A DNA stretch of 64,000 nucleotides. Origin: a virus (taxonomy: Duplodnaviria > Caudoviricetes). Shown here piece by piece: positions 10,589 to 20,290 of the stretch. The notes under the pieces are model-generated. The model had not been told where the DNA came from. It did no database searches and saw nothing but the letters and a program-made list of their open reading frames with translations. Every line of letters begins with the position of its first letter. Position 1 is the first letter of the stretch. The stretch is taken from IMG/VR virus record IMGVR_UViG_2879636102_000002, positions 1 through 64,000 of that record; one strand, 5' to 3'. The translations under genes were made by a program, and so were the position numbers.

Positions 10589-11176
10589 ATGATCAGAATA
10601 GTTTTCCTTTCTTTAATTTTAACTTCCTCCCTCTCCGCCAAAACCCTGGATAACAAAGCGTTTTGCGAAGTGATAGCACAGGGGAAGGAAGCAGCTGACC
10701 TGAAACAAAAAGGGCTCACTGTGAAAGGGGAACGACTGCAAGGTGAAGTCGAAACAAAACTTAAAACTTTTATTACAGTTGGAACGCAAATCTTACCAGA
10801 CGAAAATTTGAGAGTCATAAAGAGAAGGGGGAGACTTCCTGAATATGTGATTCAGTGCTTGGATATTAAATATTCGGATGAAATGAAAGTAGAATACTCC
10901 AGTGAAAAGAAATATTATAAGAATGCTGGATCATTCTGGATATGTTACCAAGGCGATAAGAACAATTGTGCAAAGAATCAATTAACGGATATTGGCATAT
11001 ATGAAAAATTAGAAGAGAATGTTCAAGGGAAGTCACGATACAATTCCATTCTTGGAAATTTCGTAATAGCCCCATCACAATATGGAGACCTTTATTCTTA
11101 TCACCATATAGATGGGTTACAGGTTCACGTGATAATTTCTAAAGTAGAATCAACTCAGAGCGTTGAAATAGATTAG
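10589..11176 (+). CDS. Secreted hypothetical protein (moron)
   Basis: Signal peptide ending SLSA; TTGACA-N18-TAGATT ends 5 nt before the ATG. Confidence 0.6.
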   Translation: MIRIVFLSLILTSSLSAKTLDNKAFCEVIAQGKEAADLKQKGLTVKGERLQGEVETKLKTFITVGTQILPDENLRVIKRRGRLPEYVIQCLDIKYSDEMKVEYSSEKKYYKNAGSFWICYQGDKNNCAKNQLTDIGIYEKLEENVQGKSRYNSILGNFVIAPSQYGDLYSYHHIDGLQVHVIISKVESTQSVEID

Positions 11177-11180
11177 TTTT

Positions 11181-12893
11181 TTAGAATAATGCTTTTAGAT
11201 CCGTTACGATTCCATTGAGATCTTTGATACGATCAATCATCATTTTAAATATTTTGTCCTGTAAATCGTTTGCTGTTTTGAAAGCATCGCCAAGTGCCGC
11301 TTCCTGATCGAGGGCATTTGCGTGTTCAATATGTCTTTGCCCACCGTAATTACTGACCGCTTGTGCTGCCTCTCTTCCATAATCTGCAGCTTGATCATTT
11401 GTGCTAGTTTGGCGACTAATATCCATAACGTCTTTTCCTAAGCGAACGGAATTTTGACCTTCTGTAGCCGTTATAATTCCTTGCTTTTTTAACCAAATAG
11501 CTTTTGTTTTCGGATCCATCCCTTGAGTCATTTGATTAATAGCTGCAGTATTTGCCTGGCTTCCCATTCCTTCTTCAGCTGCTGCCATTGCTGCTAAATA
11601 ATCTCCACCATTCTGTTGCATATGGTGAGCAACTAACATTGAATTCATTTGACCACCGTCTTTGGTCATATTATCGTTCATTGCGCTATATACAGAACTC
11701 AATCGATTATCTCTTATTCCAGCATCTCTCAAATTAGATAGAGTTCCGGAAACCTGACCAGCAGATTGAATCCCCATTCCTGAATTATATGCGTTTTCAG
11801 AAATCCCGGATACTTGTTGTATAAACTCAGCTTGTCTTAGTCCTCCAAATCCAGAACGAATTCCATCGGTCATAATTTTTTTAAGTGCAGATTCATTCTC
11901 CTGAAATCCACCGAATTTATTTAATTTCGCAAATAACTCTGCTCCCGCAGTTCCACCAATCCCCTGAGTAACTCCAAACTGTGCACCTAACTTAGAACCT
12001 TCGGTATCAAAATCTTGGCCAGCAGCACTACCACCCAAAACCCGAGCTCTTGATATTCCAATCTGTCCTACCTCAGCATTTCTAACTATTCCACCACCAC
12101 CTGAAGCATAGCCACCGAATGCGCCAAGTGTTCCTTCTTGTGATTGCATTGCCTGTTGGTGCATTCCAGCCATTGAGGAAATAATGCCAATACCTGCACC
12201 CACAACTGCGCCTAATCCCATCGCAAGAGGTCCAATAGCGGCACTCATGCGCCCTAAGGCACCTGATTTTTTATCTTCGCCTCCAGCCGGAGGGGTACCA
12301 CCAATCGGTGTACTCCCATCGCTACCACCTCGACCAGGTATTCCGACACCTCCACCAAATGCACCAGATCCACCTAAGCCTCCTTTTAGGTATAGATTCA
12401 TAATCCTTGCTTCTTTAACTTCAAGGATGTTGTATTTCGATTTGGCGTTAGGTGATGGTGCTCCGCCACCTAACCCATGACCGCTATCCTCTGAGTTACC
12501 ACCATCATTCTCAGATTTCCCCGTTTTGATTTTATATTTATCCCATTCCTTCTTAGTTGTGTCCTTGAATTTTCTGGCTGATTGAATTTTCCTATTGATG
12601 ATGCCTGAGAATCGACCTGATCGCAATTCCGAAGAATCTTGGTCAAGAGGACTTGCATCTGCTCCGGCCTGATAACCCTCGCCAAGTGATTGGGTTCTTT
12701 TTTGGTTTTCTGTAAGTTCTTTTTTCTTTGGTTTTTCTCCTCCGCCAGAACTTCCGCCGGTCTTCCCATTCCCACTTCCTGAACCTCCACCAGCACCTTT
12801 TTGGCGTTTGGAGATTTCAGAGACTATTTCTGGTCCAAGTTTTTGCGCTAGTTTCGATGCAATACTGTCAATATCTATGAGTACTTCGGCCAT
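11181..12893 (-). CDS. Tail tape measure protein
   Basis: Gly/Ala-rich helical protein with a hydrophobic segment, directly downstream of sheath, tube and chaperones. Confidence 0.75.
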   Translation of the reverse strand: MAEVLIDIDSIASKLAQKLGPEIVSEISKRQKGAGGGSGSGNGKTGGSSGGGEKPKKKELTENQKRTQSLGEGYQAGADASPLDQDSSELRSGRFSGIINRKIQSARKFKDTTKKEWDKYKIKTGKSENDGGNSEDSGHGLGGGAPSPNAKSKYNILEVKEARIMNLYLKGGLGGSGAFGGGVGIPGRGGSDGSTPIGGTPPAGGEDKKSGALGRMSAAIGPLAMGLGAVVGAGIGIISSMAGMHQQAMQSQEGTLGAFGGYASGGGGIVRNAEVGQIGISRARVLGGSAAGQDFDTEGSKLGAQFGVTQGIGGTAGAELFAKLNKFGGFQENESALKKIMTDGIRSGFGGLRQAEFIQQVSGISENAYNSGMGIQSAGQVSGTLSNLRDAGIRDNRLSSVYSAMNDNMTKDGGQMNSMLVAHHMQQNGGDYLAAMAAAEEGMGSQANTAAINQMTQGMDPKTKAIWLKKQGIITATEGQNSVRLGKDVMDISRQTSTNDQAADYGREAAQAVSNYGGQRHIEHANALDQEAALGDAFKTANDLQDKIFKMMIDRIKDLNGIVTDLKALF

Positions 12894-12895
12894 GA

Positions 12896-13255
12896 CTATG
12901 CCTCACCTATCTGTTGTTTTAGTTCAGCGATCTCACTTGCCCGTTTTGATCGTGCAATTCGTTCTTGGTCTGCTTTTGGAAGTTGACTTATACCTTTATC
13001 TATCCAATGAGATAATGGCCGTTTCTCGAGTTCTTCGATTTTCGTTTTTGTGCCCATATACTTTTGAATTTGTTCAAAATCAGGACGAACTGATTCCGCA
13101 AGGAATATCGCAAGTTTTTCCTCTGTTTGGAAATCCTCGCTAGTCTGGTACCCTCTCGGCAATATCCGGAACTCTTTTAGAAGATAGAGATTTAGAAGAC
13201 TGTCTAGGTTGTTTTGCAGAAGCTTTTGTAGATACAACGGTTCGGTTATTTTTTT
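12896..13255 (-). CDS. Tail assembly chaperone second frame (gpT-like), probably expressed by frameshift
   Basis: Frame opens immediately after a TAA at the A9 run; only a weak TTG start; sits between chaperone and tape measure genes. Confidence 0.65.
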   Translation of the reverse strand, partial: KKITEPLYLQKLLQNNLDSLLNLYLLKEFRILPRGYQTSEDFQTEEKLAIFLAESVRPDFEQIQKYMGTKTKIEELEKRPLSHWIDKGISQLPKADQERIARSKRASEIAELKQQIGEA

Positions 13256-13574
13256 TTAGACCCGCTTGATAGGCCTTTTCTAGCTTCGAATATTCTTTCC
13301 AAACAGAGACTGTAAAATTTTCGTCGGGGATATCCGCAAAATCTAACCCTTCTAGTTCTGAAGGTCTATCAGATATTGTATAGTTCAAAGTCACAAAAAC
13401 ATATTCCGATGTATAAGTTTGGTTTGGAATTGAATCGAGTGAAACACCACCTAATCTACGTGAAATGAGAATATCTATATTACGACGATCTGAAGGAAGA
13501 GGGAATCTTCCTCCGAATTTATGACCATCAACTTCAAATTGGAATTCTCTTTCGACTCCAGGGAATAGACCCAT
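13140..13574 (-). CDS. Tail assembly chaperone (gpG-like)
   Basis: Position between tube and tape measure genes; contains the CTA AAA AAA AAT slippery run. Confidence 0.7.
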   Translation of the reverse strand: MGLFPGVEREFQFEVDGHKFGGRFPLPSDRRNIDILISRRLGGVSLDSIPNQTYTSEYVFVTLNYTISDRPSELEGLDFADIPDENFTVSVWKEYSKLEKAYQAGLKKNNRTVVSTKASAKQPRQSSKSLSSKRVPDIAERVPD

Positions 13575-13576
13575 AC

Positions 13577-14026
13577 TTAGTTATCACCTTCCATGTGTTG
13601 AATTCGAATTATCTTAAAGGAAACGTTTCTAACACTTGGTTGAGTAGTTGAAATATTTGTTCTGCGAGTATTGAGTTTTGCAACACAACGCATAATTCTT
13701 TTCCCAGTACTTTTTTCCCTAAATTCCCACAAATTTCCTTTTTTAGTTAAGATATTTGTTAAATCAGGGAGAGACTTTACTATGGAGCCAGGATCTTTTT
13801 CATCCGTGATAACCCACATTTTTCCAGAAAATGAGCCATCAAAGAATAATGCTTTTGTATCCTTCGGGAAAAAATCACCAATTGCACGAATGTCAGTTTG
13901 GTTATAGTTTTCATCGACATCTATATCATCCACATAAGCAGCAAGTTTTCCATCTATGTAGACTTGAGCATTGGACCCAACTAGGATCGAAGTATCTGGT
14001 ATGTCACCAATTGAGATATCTGGCAT
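13577..14026 (-). CDS. Tail tube protein
   Basis: 149-aa beta-rich protein directly after the sheath gene; 'IRAIGDFFP' motif. Confidence 0.75.
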   Translation of the reverse strand: MPDISIGDIPDTSILVGSNAQVYIDGKLAAYVDDIDVDENYNQTDIRAIGDFFPKDTKALFFDGSFSGKMWVITDEKDPGSIVKSLPDLTNILTKKGNLWEFREKSTGKRIMRCVAKLNTRRTNISTTQPSVRNVSFKIIRIQHMEGDN

Positions 14027-14029
14027 GGC

Positions 14030-15814
14030 TTATGCACTTCCTTTGAGAGTATCAAGAGAGAGAATGTAGAAAATGAAATTCACTGGTGAGATCACCGTAC
14101 CTTCGAGCGATCGAAAATACCAAGTGTCGCCATCAACTTCGACAACGAAATCTTTTTGGAAAGCATCAACACCGAGAGCAGAGGAGCCTACCAAATAACC
14201 TTTTTCAACAAAGGACTGAAGTCTCTGTTCCACATATCCCTTTACGTCTGCAACTGTCACACCTTGGACTTTTGCATTTTCATCCACCGTTGAACGACCG
14301 ATAAATCGAGAATTAAATCCTTCCCTGAGTTCACGAACCATAGTTAGGGCAACGGCAACACTGTTCTTTTCGTTGAGTATGATATTGTCTTTTCGTTCGG
14401 TTGTGATGGATCTTTCGATCACCCATGCACCTGTGACAGGATTCTTAGTTAAAACCAAAGCACCATCACGGATAGAAGCATCGCGAACAGAATCGATCAG
14501 GTTTTCAGCGCTTTTGAGGATATTGAGTGCTTTCCAGGTTGGGGAATGTCGAGGAGAGTTTGCAGCAGAAATTGCATTATCTAAAACAGAAAGCATATAA
14601 CCAGGATAAGTTTTTTGATTACCATCAAGACCAAAGTAAACAAATTTCTCTAGTCCGTAGTTCATCCAATAGACACCTAAAGTGCGGGCTTCCTCACGCC
14701 TTGCATCAACAGATAACGACAAATCTCCACCACATCCACCAATCGTTTCCTTCCCCCCATCCGGAGAAATCATATCAAAGCAAGCGGTTTTAAAATGCAC
14801 TTTGTCAGATAAGGAGGATGCGAGAATATTACGATACATTGCAGGAATTTTCTTTGCAAATGTAATCGCATCTTTAACAGCAGTAACTCCTTCCGTACCT
14901 GTTGTACCACCAATAGTTAGGTAGGTGAATATTGTATTGTTTGCAAAAGGTTTTTTAACGGTCGCTGCCGTTGTAAATACTGCAAATCCTGTAGATTCAA
15001 TCCAATTCTTCTCAGCAAACAAATCAGCATAGACAGTCGCAATAGCAGGACTTTTTACTGAAATTGCATCCTCAGTTTCAACATGATCCAAATTGGACAT
15101 CAAAAATGTTGCATTGGACATCATTGACGCAGTGTAAAATGGGATAGAATTGATATAATCCACAGCTTCAATAGCTGTAGGATAATCAGCAAATGGAACA
15201 GAAAGTGAAAGTGATCCATCATTTTGACCTGCCAAAGTAACAATTAAAGCGGTTCCATTAACGGAAAGAATCGCAGAAGTCGCATCTCCGGAATAAGATA
15301 TAGTTAAAACTTTTTGTTCAAGAGCAGGGGAGGTAAGAATACCTTCGTTATCACCAATCTCAATTTGTTTAGTCGCTACCGTTTTACGGAATCGAACTTT
15401 TTTACCTTTCGGCCCAGGGATAGGGAAGGTAAGAGTATGAGATTGTCCTGATTTTAATGATGGAATGGATGCACTTGCAGCCACATTTGCTCTTGTATTG
15501 AGTGCTATGAATCTTTGTGGTCCAGGCGCAAAATCATCTTCGCTAGATGGAGTATCTGCAAGCATAATCGCTTCCAAAAGTTCGCCACCACCTAGAACTT
15601 TTTTCGCCTCATCGAACGAGTAAAAAATATAATATCTTTCGTCATCTGGTAAATTTGTATCATTACAATTTACACCATTGTCGGCTTGCCCAATAATTAA
15701 TTGAGTGAATAGATCAACAGAATCGCCAGGGATTTGATCCTTAGCACGAAATTTTCCTCTCGAACCTGGTCGAACGTAAGAACGTCCCTCGAATGCTTTT
15801 CCTAAAACGCCCAT
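14030..15814 (-). CDS. Contractile tail sheath protein
   Basis: 594 aa; N-terminal RPG, 'IIGQADNG', 'F..FDEAKKVLGGGEL', C-terminal 'FIG...PVNFI'. Confidence 0.85.
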   Translation of the reverse strand: MGVLGKAFEGRSYVRPGSRGKFRAKDQIPGDSVDLFTQLIIGQADNGVNCNDTNLPDDERYYIFYSFDEAKKVLGGGELLEAIMLADTPSSEDDFAPGPQRFIALNTRANVAASASIPSLKSGQSHTLTFPIPGPKGKKVRFRKTVATKQIEIGDNEGILTSPALEQKVLTISYSGDATSAILSVNGTALIVTLAGQNDGSLSLSVPFADYPTAIEAVDYINSIPFYTASMMSNATFLMSNLDHVETEDAISVKSPAIATVYADLFAEKNWIESTGFAVFTTAATVKKPFANNTIFTYLTIGGTTGTEGVTAVKDAITFAKKIPAMYRNILASSLSDKVHFKTACFDMISPDGGKETIGGCGGDLSLSVDARREEARTLGVYWMNYGLEKFVYFGLDGNQKTYPGYMLSVLDNAISAANSPRHSPTWKALNILKSAENLIDSVRDASIRDGALVLTKNPVTGAWVIERSITTERKDNIILNEKNSVAVALTMVRELREGFNSRFIGRSTVDENAKVQGVTVADVKGYVEQRLQSFVEKGYLVGSSALGVDAFQKDFVVEVDGDTWYFRSLEGTVISPVNFIFYILSLDTLKGSA

Positions 15815-16066
15815 TTACTTTTTCACTCCCCAAAATTCCTGAAATGCTTTCTCGTAATCATCTTTGGCCTTCAAACCGTTAAACTTTCCATGGTTCTTTA
15901 CCAAAAACTCCCGGAATACTTGCGCCATAGAATAACGGGCAAGTTCAGGTTTGGACTCAATGAATTTTGCAGTTGGATCCTTTACCAATTCTTTGTTAGG
16001 TGAAGCATCCACGACTTTTGTAGCTTTTTGCTTTGTTTCGACGTTAGAATCTTGAGTCCCTTGCAT
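15815..16066 (-). CDS. Hypothetical late protein (leaderless first gene of the tail operon)
   Basis: ATG directly follows late promoter copy 2; stop abuts the sheath ATG. Confidence 0.65.
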   Translation of the reverse strand: MQGTQDSNVETKQKATKVVDASPNKELVKDPTAKFIESKPELARYSMAQVFREFLVKNHGKFNGLKAKDDYEKAFQEFWGVKK

Positions 16067-16103
16067 GGGAAGTGACAAGGGAACTAGACTCCAAAATTAT
16101 CAA
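16067..16103 (-). promoter_or_regulatory. Putative late promoter copy 2
   Basis: TTGATA-N18-CTTGTC-ACTTCCC-ATG. Confidence 0.8.
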
Positions 16104-16880
16104 CTAAATTTTTGATTTGAGAGGATGAAAATTCATGTTTCTGTTTGATTTTCCTAGCTTTTCTTTACCGGGAAGAGTCCCTACTCCATCAAAGTAAACA
16201 TCAGCTTTTTCAATGAGAGTTCCTTCAGTGAACCTAAACTCTCTTTTGATTTGCCTTACTGATAACATTACTTCGAAACCCCATGCACCTCTTCCGATTT
16301 GAGGTGCTTCTACGTTAAGAGCAGGTTTCCCTTCAAGACTTACTGAAGCCTTAAATTTCTTTTGTATGTTGTGTTTGAGAAAAGGAAGGACTGACATCGT
16401 CGCCTTATATAATTCTTGGGCCGTTTTCCTTCCATTGTTGCCGCTTCCTCCCCAACCAGATATGTTTACATTTGAAACGATATGTGAGGTGTAAGATTCC
16501 ACTATACCAAAGTTAGTTGATTTTAGAATCTTATCAAATTGTTTGTATCCAAAATGTTCGTATTCAGAATCTTTTTTATTTTTATAGGCGATAATTTTGT
16601 TTTTTATCTGTGAATCAAAAGGGAAAATTCTGTAATTCCCAGCTAAATCATCAGAGGGTTCATCATCTGACCATTCCACCCCAACTTTTGGGAAAAATGA
16701 ATCAGAATCTTTAGCCCCTTCCCCGGAAGGGACAGAAGCGATTGAATACAGTGGATGACCCGGGTGAACAATTTTATCACAAGAAATGCCCCTATCTCCC
16801 AAACCAGTCTCTAGGTAGAGTGCTTTCAACTCTTGGATGATCCGAAATTCAGGATCCAATTGCCACATTGATAATATCAT
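16104..16880 (-). CDS. Probable tail terminator / neck protein
   Basis: Position just upstream of the sheath operon; 258 aa. Confidence 0.45.
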   Translation of the reverse strand: MILSMWQLDPEFRIIQELKALYLETGLGDRGISCDKIVHPGHPLYSIASVPSGEGAKDSDSFFPKVGVEWSDDEPSDDLAGNYRIFPFDSQIKNKIIAYKNKKDSEYEHFGYKQFDKILKSTNFGIVESYTSHIVSNVNISGWGGSGNNGRKTAQELYKATMSVLPFLKHNIQKKFKASVSLEGKPALNVEAPQIGRGAWGFEVMLSVRQIKREFRFTEGTLIEKADVYFDGVGTLPGKEKLGKSNRNMNFHPLKSKI

Positions 16881-17635
16881 TTCCGTTTTTCCTTTTGAGC
16901 CTTGATTCTATTCTCTTGAAGATCGATTATAATAGCCTCGGCAAGCGCCTTGAGAAAGGGTTCGCTTGTAAGAAGCTGATCAGCAACCTTTTGCATTTTG
17001 GCTGAAAATTTCTGTCCCTTGATTTCAGGATAAGGCTTCCATTGGGAATCCGAAGTCACCATTATCAAATTATGATTTGAACTACTGCTTCCACCTCTTT
17101 CTTGAGTTTGAGAAAATTGGAATGTTTTAGTTCCTTTCTTTTTGTCTGTTAGCTTGGTATAACTATATTTATTCCGAGTTACAAATCCGCCATTTGGTGA
17201 CTCTTCCTTGTGACTCCCAATAATTTTCATGACTACGTCCGCTTGGCTTTCGTTAGATGCCATGGGAACAATTAAATATTTTTTCCCACCTTTAGATATT
17301 CTGACTTTCTTTGAATTATTCAATAGGCTTTGAACAATATCAAAAGCACCTCTACCGTTTTCGGCAATTTTATCAACATCATAGTTCCCAGATCCTTTTG
17401 AATAAAATATTTTATATCCAATGCCTTGTTGTTCGATTTGTATCTGACCTCTACTAAGATACTGAACTCCCCACCAACCTAATCCTCCTGCTTTAACCCC
17501 AAGTTTCGCTCGTTCGCCTGCCATGAAGAGCCATCGAGACTGGATTTTTTCAGCAGCTTCTCGGAGAACTGAAAAATATCGAGGGAAATTTTCAGGCCTC
17601 TTTTTGATTTGCGATAACACATTGGAAATACTCAC
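16877..17635 (-). CDS. Probable tail completion / neck protein
   Basis: 'ENGRGAFDI...L.S.KV...K.GKKYLIVP...VTSDSQW..P' resembles SPO1/Twort-like neck proteins. Confidence 0.5.
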   Translation of the reverse strand: MSISNVLSQIKKRPENFPRYFSVLREAAEKIQSRWLFMAGERAKLGVKAGGLGWWGVQYLSRGQIQIEQQGIGYKIFYSKGSGNYDVDKIAENGRGAFDIVQSLLNNSKKVRISKGGKKYLIVPMASNESQADVVMKIIGSHKEESPNGGFVTRNKYSYTKLTDKKKGTKTFQFSQTQERGGSSSSNHNLIMVTSDSQWKPYPEIKGQKFSAKMQKVADQLLTSEPFLKALAEAIIIDLQENRIKAQKEKRK

Positions 17636-17636
17636 T

Positions 17637-20210
17637 TTAACATACCTGATTTTTATTTTTCAGAGCTTTGAGGAAAGTTCCAATCGAGCTTTTGAAAGCG
17701 AACATATCCGGAGTTTGGGAATCTGCTTTTATTTCGCTGAATTTCTTTTTCAATGAATCTCTAAAAGCAGCGATATTATTGAGTGCATCAGATAGCCTTG
17801 CAAGTTCTGTTTCCAGTGCACTCTCACCTTTCGTTGCTATAATAGAAGCTGCTAGTTCTTTCGCTTTTCCTTCATTGAGATCCGTAATTGTATCACCAAG
17901 GAATTTCTGAATTGGTTTTTGAATTGCTGTTAGTAAGTTTTCGAAGCCTGCTGAATTTGCCCTCGCATTGTCCTCGCCACCTGCATATTTCACAGCCTCC
18001 TGTTCTACTTCAGATCTACCGGTAGAGTCCACGTTCCCGAAGGAAAAATTCTGTGCTTTGAGACTATCAATATACGACTTAACTTGGTTAGGTGAAATTC
18101 CTTTGCCTTTGTTTTGATTGTACCATGAGAACGCCTTTCTTTGGATAGTAGGTGAGGGATTCCCTCCTTCATCGATCCCGTTTTTTGCGATAACGATTGC
18201 CAATGACTCAGGAATCGATTCCCTTTTCTCTTTGGATCCATCGTTTGCTTTATCTGATGTACGGATGTTCTTTTTCGCATCGGTTCGGAGAAGGTCTTGA
18301 AGTTCTGGAATTAAATTGTTGAGTGCAATGGTTCCCTTGACATATTCCGTAGACTCTCCTGTTCTTTCTGAAATTTCCTGTACGGACTTACCTTGCTCGA
18401 TAAGTTTCGCGTAGGCTTTTGCATCATCCAACCGTTCCACTTCACGCTTGTTTTTGTTCGCTGAGACCTGCGCGAGTAAACGATCAGATTCAGAATTGTA
18501 TTTTTCCTCAATTACATAGATTGGGGTATCTTTTGGAAGTTTTGCTTCCGAAATAAGTTCTTTTACGGCTGTGAAACGATGATGTCCATCGACTACTGTC
18601 AGTTTACCGTTTTTATCTCTATCAACTTTAATTGGAGAACCAGGATCGAAACCTTTGGCAAGAATTGAAGATTTGATTCCTTCTATAACTTTTCGATTAT
18701 AATTTTTCTCGTCAGTGTATTGCTCAATTGTAGAGATATCTGAAGCAGGAACTTCTTTTAATTTATTTGAAGTCTTCCCGGACACAGATTGTCGATAGAC
18801 ATGTTTGTCTCCAGAAATGCGAAGTGCTTGCGATCTTATCTTAGGGCTTTTTTTTTTAATTTCAGAAATTGCTTTTATTGCACCATCTTTCTTAGCATTA
18901 TCATTCCCTTTCATTGCTTTGGAACGTGCATCAGGATCGAGTGCTTGTTTTTCTTTGACGTAATTCGAAATTGCTTTCTTGTCTACGTTCCCTTTAGCAT
19001 CAACTGGAAATGTGTCAGGTGCATCTACCTTGTATAATGCTTCAAATGCGACTTTCTCTAGATCGCTAAGTGTTTTGAAACCATCACGCACCTGTTTTTC
19101 TTTCATTGCTGATCTTAATTCAGAACGGGCTTTTTCAATTTCCGTCCTAAACTCATCCTCACTGAGGCTTTTATCCTTCCGAATGGTATCAATTTTATTC
19201 CAGGATTGAGCGATTTTAGCTTCAATCGGGTCCTGCTCGTTGACTAATTTGGATAGTTCCTTAGTATCAGTTTGGGATTTAGGTAAGCTGGAATTCTTTT
19301 TCAAACTATCCAGCAATTTACCCAATTCATCTTTTTTGGATTTTGGGATTTCGCTCCAATTGGAAATACCTTGCTCTCCGAGACTTTCAATAGAGTGCTT
19401 TGCCTGTGACAAAACTTGTTTTGGATCTTTTTCGGAATAAAATTTTTCAGCTCCTGATCCTTGAGACCAAATCCATTTATCTTCCGTAGGTTTATAAAAA
19501 AAACTCACTTCCTTCCCACTTTGTGAAAGGTATTTGTATTTTGTTGCGTTTTTTACTTCTGAAGTTTGCTCTTTGGTGAATCCAAGTTTCTCCAAATTAT
19601 TTACAATTTCTTGAGAGGATCCCTCCCCATGTTTCTCATTTGAATCAGTATACTTACTTGCTATGAATTGCATGAGCTTCAGATTCCATTTTTTCCCATC
19701 CTGAAATTTATCTGCCTGCTCTTTGACCTTTTCCTTTGGAGTTTTTTCCTGTTTCTCTTTGGTGACGACATCGATGTCGTCACCAATCTCTTCTTTTGGT
19801 TCAGCAGTTTCTTTTGTAGGCTCGGTTTTTTTTGCCTTAAATTTTGTATCCCATTTGGTTTTGTTTGCTAAATATTCTGCTAGGTGAGAGGAGAAATCCT
19901 GTTTTGAGACGGGTCCAACTTCCTTAGTTATTGCATCCAAGTTCTCTTTGTATTCCGATTCAATCTTTGCATTGATTTCCGTCGGCTTGACTCCGAAAAA
20001 ACTTGCAACCTTGCTCCAAATAGAAGGCTCTTTCTGGCCTTCCTTTTTCGGTACTTGTTTTTTGTGATCTCGATCATACGCTTCTTTTGTGTACCAATAA
20101 CGATAACCACCTTTCGCCTTTGGTTCTCGCTTGTAGTATTTTACATTCGTTCCTTGTGAGCCTTTGCTCCCTTTAAGGAAATTTAATATGATTGCAAGAT
20201 TTTGATTCAT
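17637..20210 (-). CDS. Large Lys-rich putative internal virion protein with a ParB/Srx domain
   Basis: 'VIEGIKSSILAKGFDPGSPIKV...VVDGHHRFTA...SANKNK....LDDAKAY..L' ParB + HTH; leaderless ATG after late promoter copy 3. Confidence 0.65.
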   Translation of the reverse strand: MNQNLAIILNFLKGSKGSQGTNVKYYKREPKAKGGYRYWYTKEAYDRDHKKQVPKKEGQKEPSIWSKVASFFGVKPTEINAKIESEYKENLDAITKEVGPVSKQDFSSHLAEYLANKTKWDTKFKAKKTEPTKETAEPKEEIGDDIDVVTKEKQEKTPKEKVKEQADKFQDGKKWNLKLMQFIASKYTDSNEKHGEGSSQEIVNNLEKLGFTKEQTSEVKNATKYKYLSQSGKEVSFFYKPTEDKWIWSQGSGAEKFYSEKDPKQVLSQAKHSIESLGEQGISNWSEIPKSKKDELGKLLDSLKKNSSLPKSQTDTKELSKLVNEQDPIEAKIAQSWNKIDTIRKDKSLSEDEFRTEIEKARSELRSAMKEKQVRDGFKTLSDLEKVAFEALYKVDAPDTFPVDAKGNVDKKAISNYVKEKQALDPDARSKAMKGNDNAKKDGAIKAISEIKKKSPKIRSQALRISGDKHVYRQSVSGKTSNKLKEVPASDISTIEQYTDEKNYNRKVIEGIKSSILAKGFDPGSPIKVDRDKNGKLTVVDGHHRFTAVKELISEAKLPKDTPIYVIEEKYNSESDRLLAQVSANKNKREVERLDDAKAYAKLIEQGKSVQEISERTGESTEYVKGTIALNNLIPELQDLLRTDAKKNIRTSDKANDGSKEKRESIPESLAIVIAKNGIDEGGNPSPTIQRKAFSWYNQNKGKGISPNQVKSYIDSLKAQNFSFGNVDSTGRSEVEQEAVKYAGGEDNARANSAGFENLLTAIQKPIQKFLGDTITDLNEGKAKELAASIIATKGESALETELARLSDALNNIAAFRDSLKKKFSEIKADSQTPDMFAFKSSIGTFLKALKNKNQVC

Positions 20211-20247
20211 GGGGAAGGACAAAGGAATGGATCCCAATGAAAGTCAA
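20211..20247 (-). promoter_or_regulatory. Putative late promoter copy 3
   Basis: TTGACT-N18-TTTGTC-CTTCCCC-ATG. Confidence 0.75.
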
Positions 20248-20261
20248 TTCTTTTCAGGATA

Positions 20262-20290
20262 GACCATAGCGGAAATAGTTCGCTATGGTC
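20262..20290 (-). terminator. Hairpin after the 736-aa gene (terminator or stabiliser)
   Basis: GACCATAGCG...CGCTATGGTC inverted repeat overlapping the stop codon. Confidence 0.55.
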
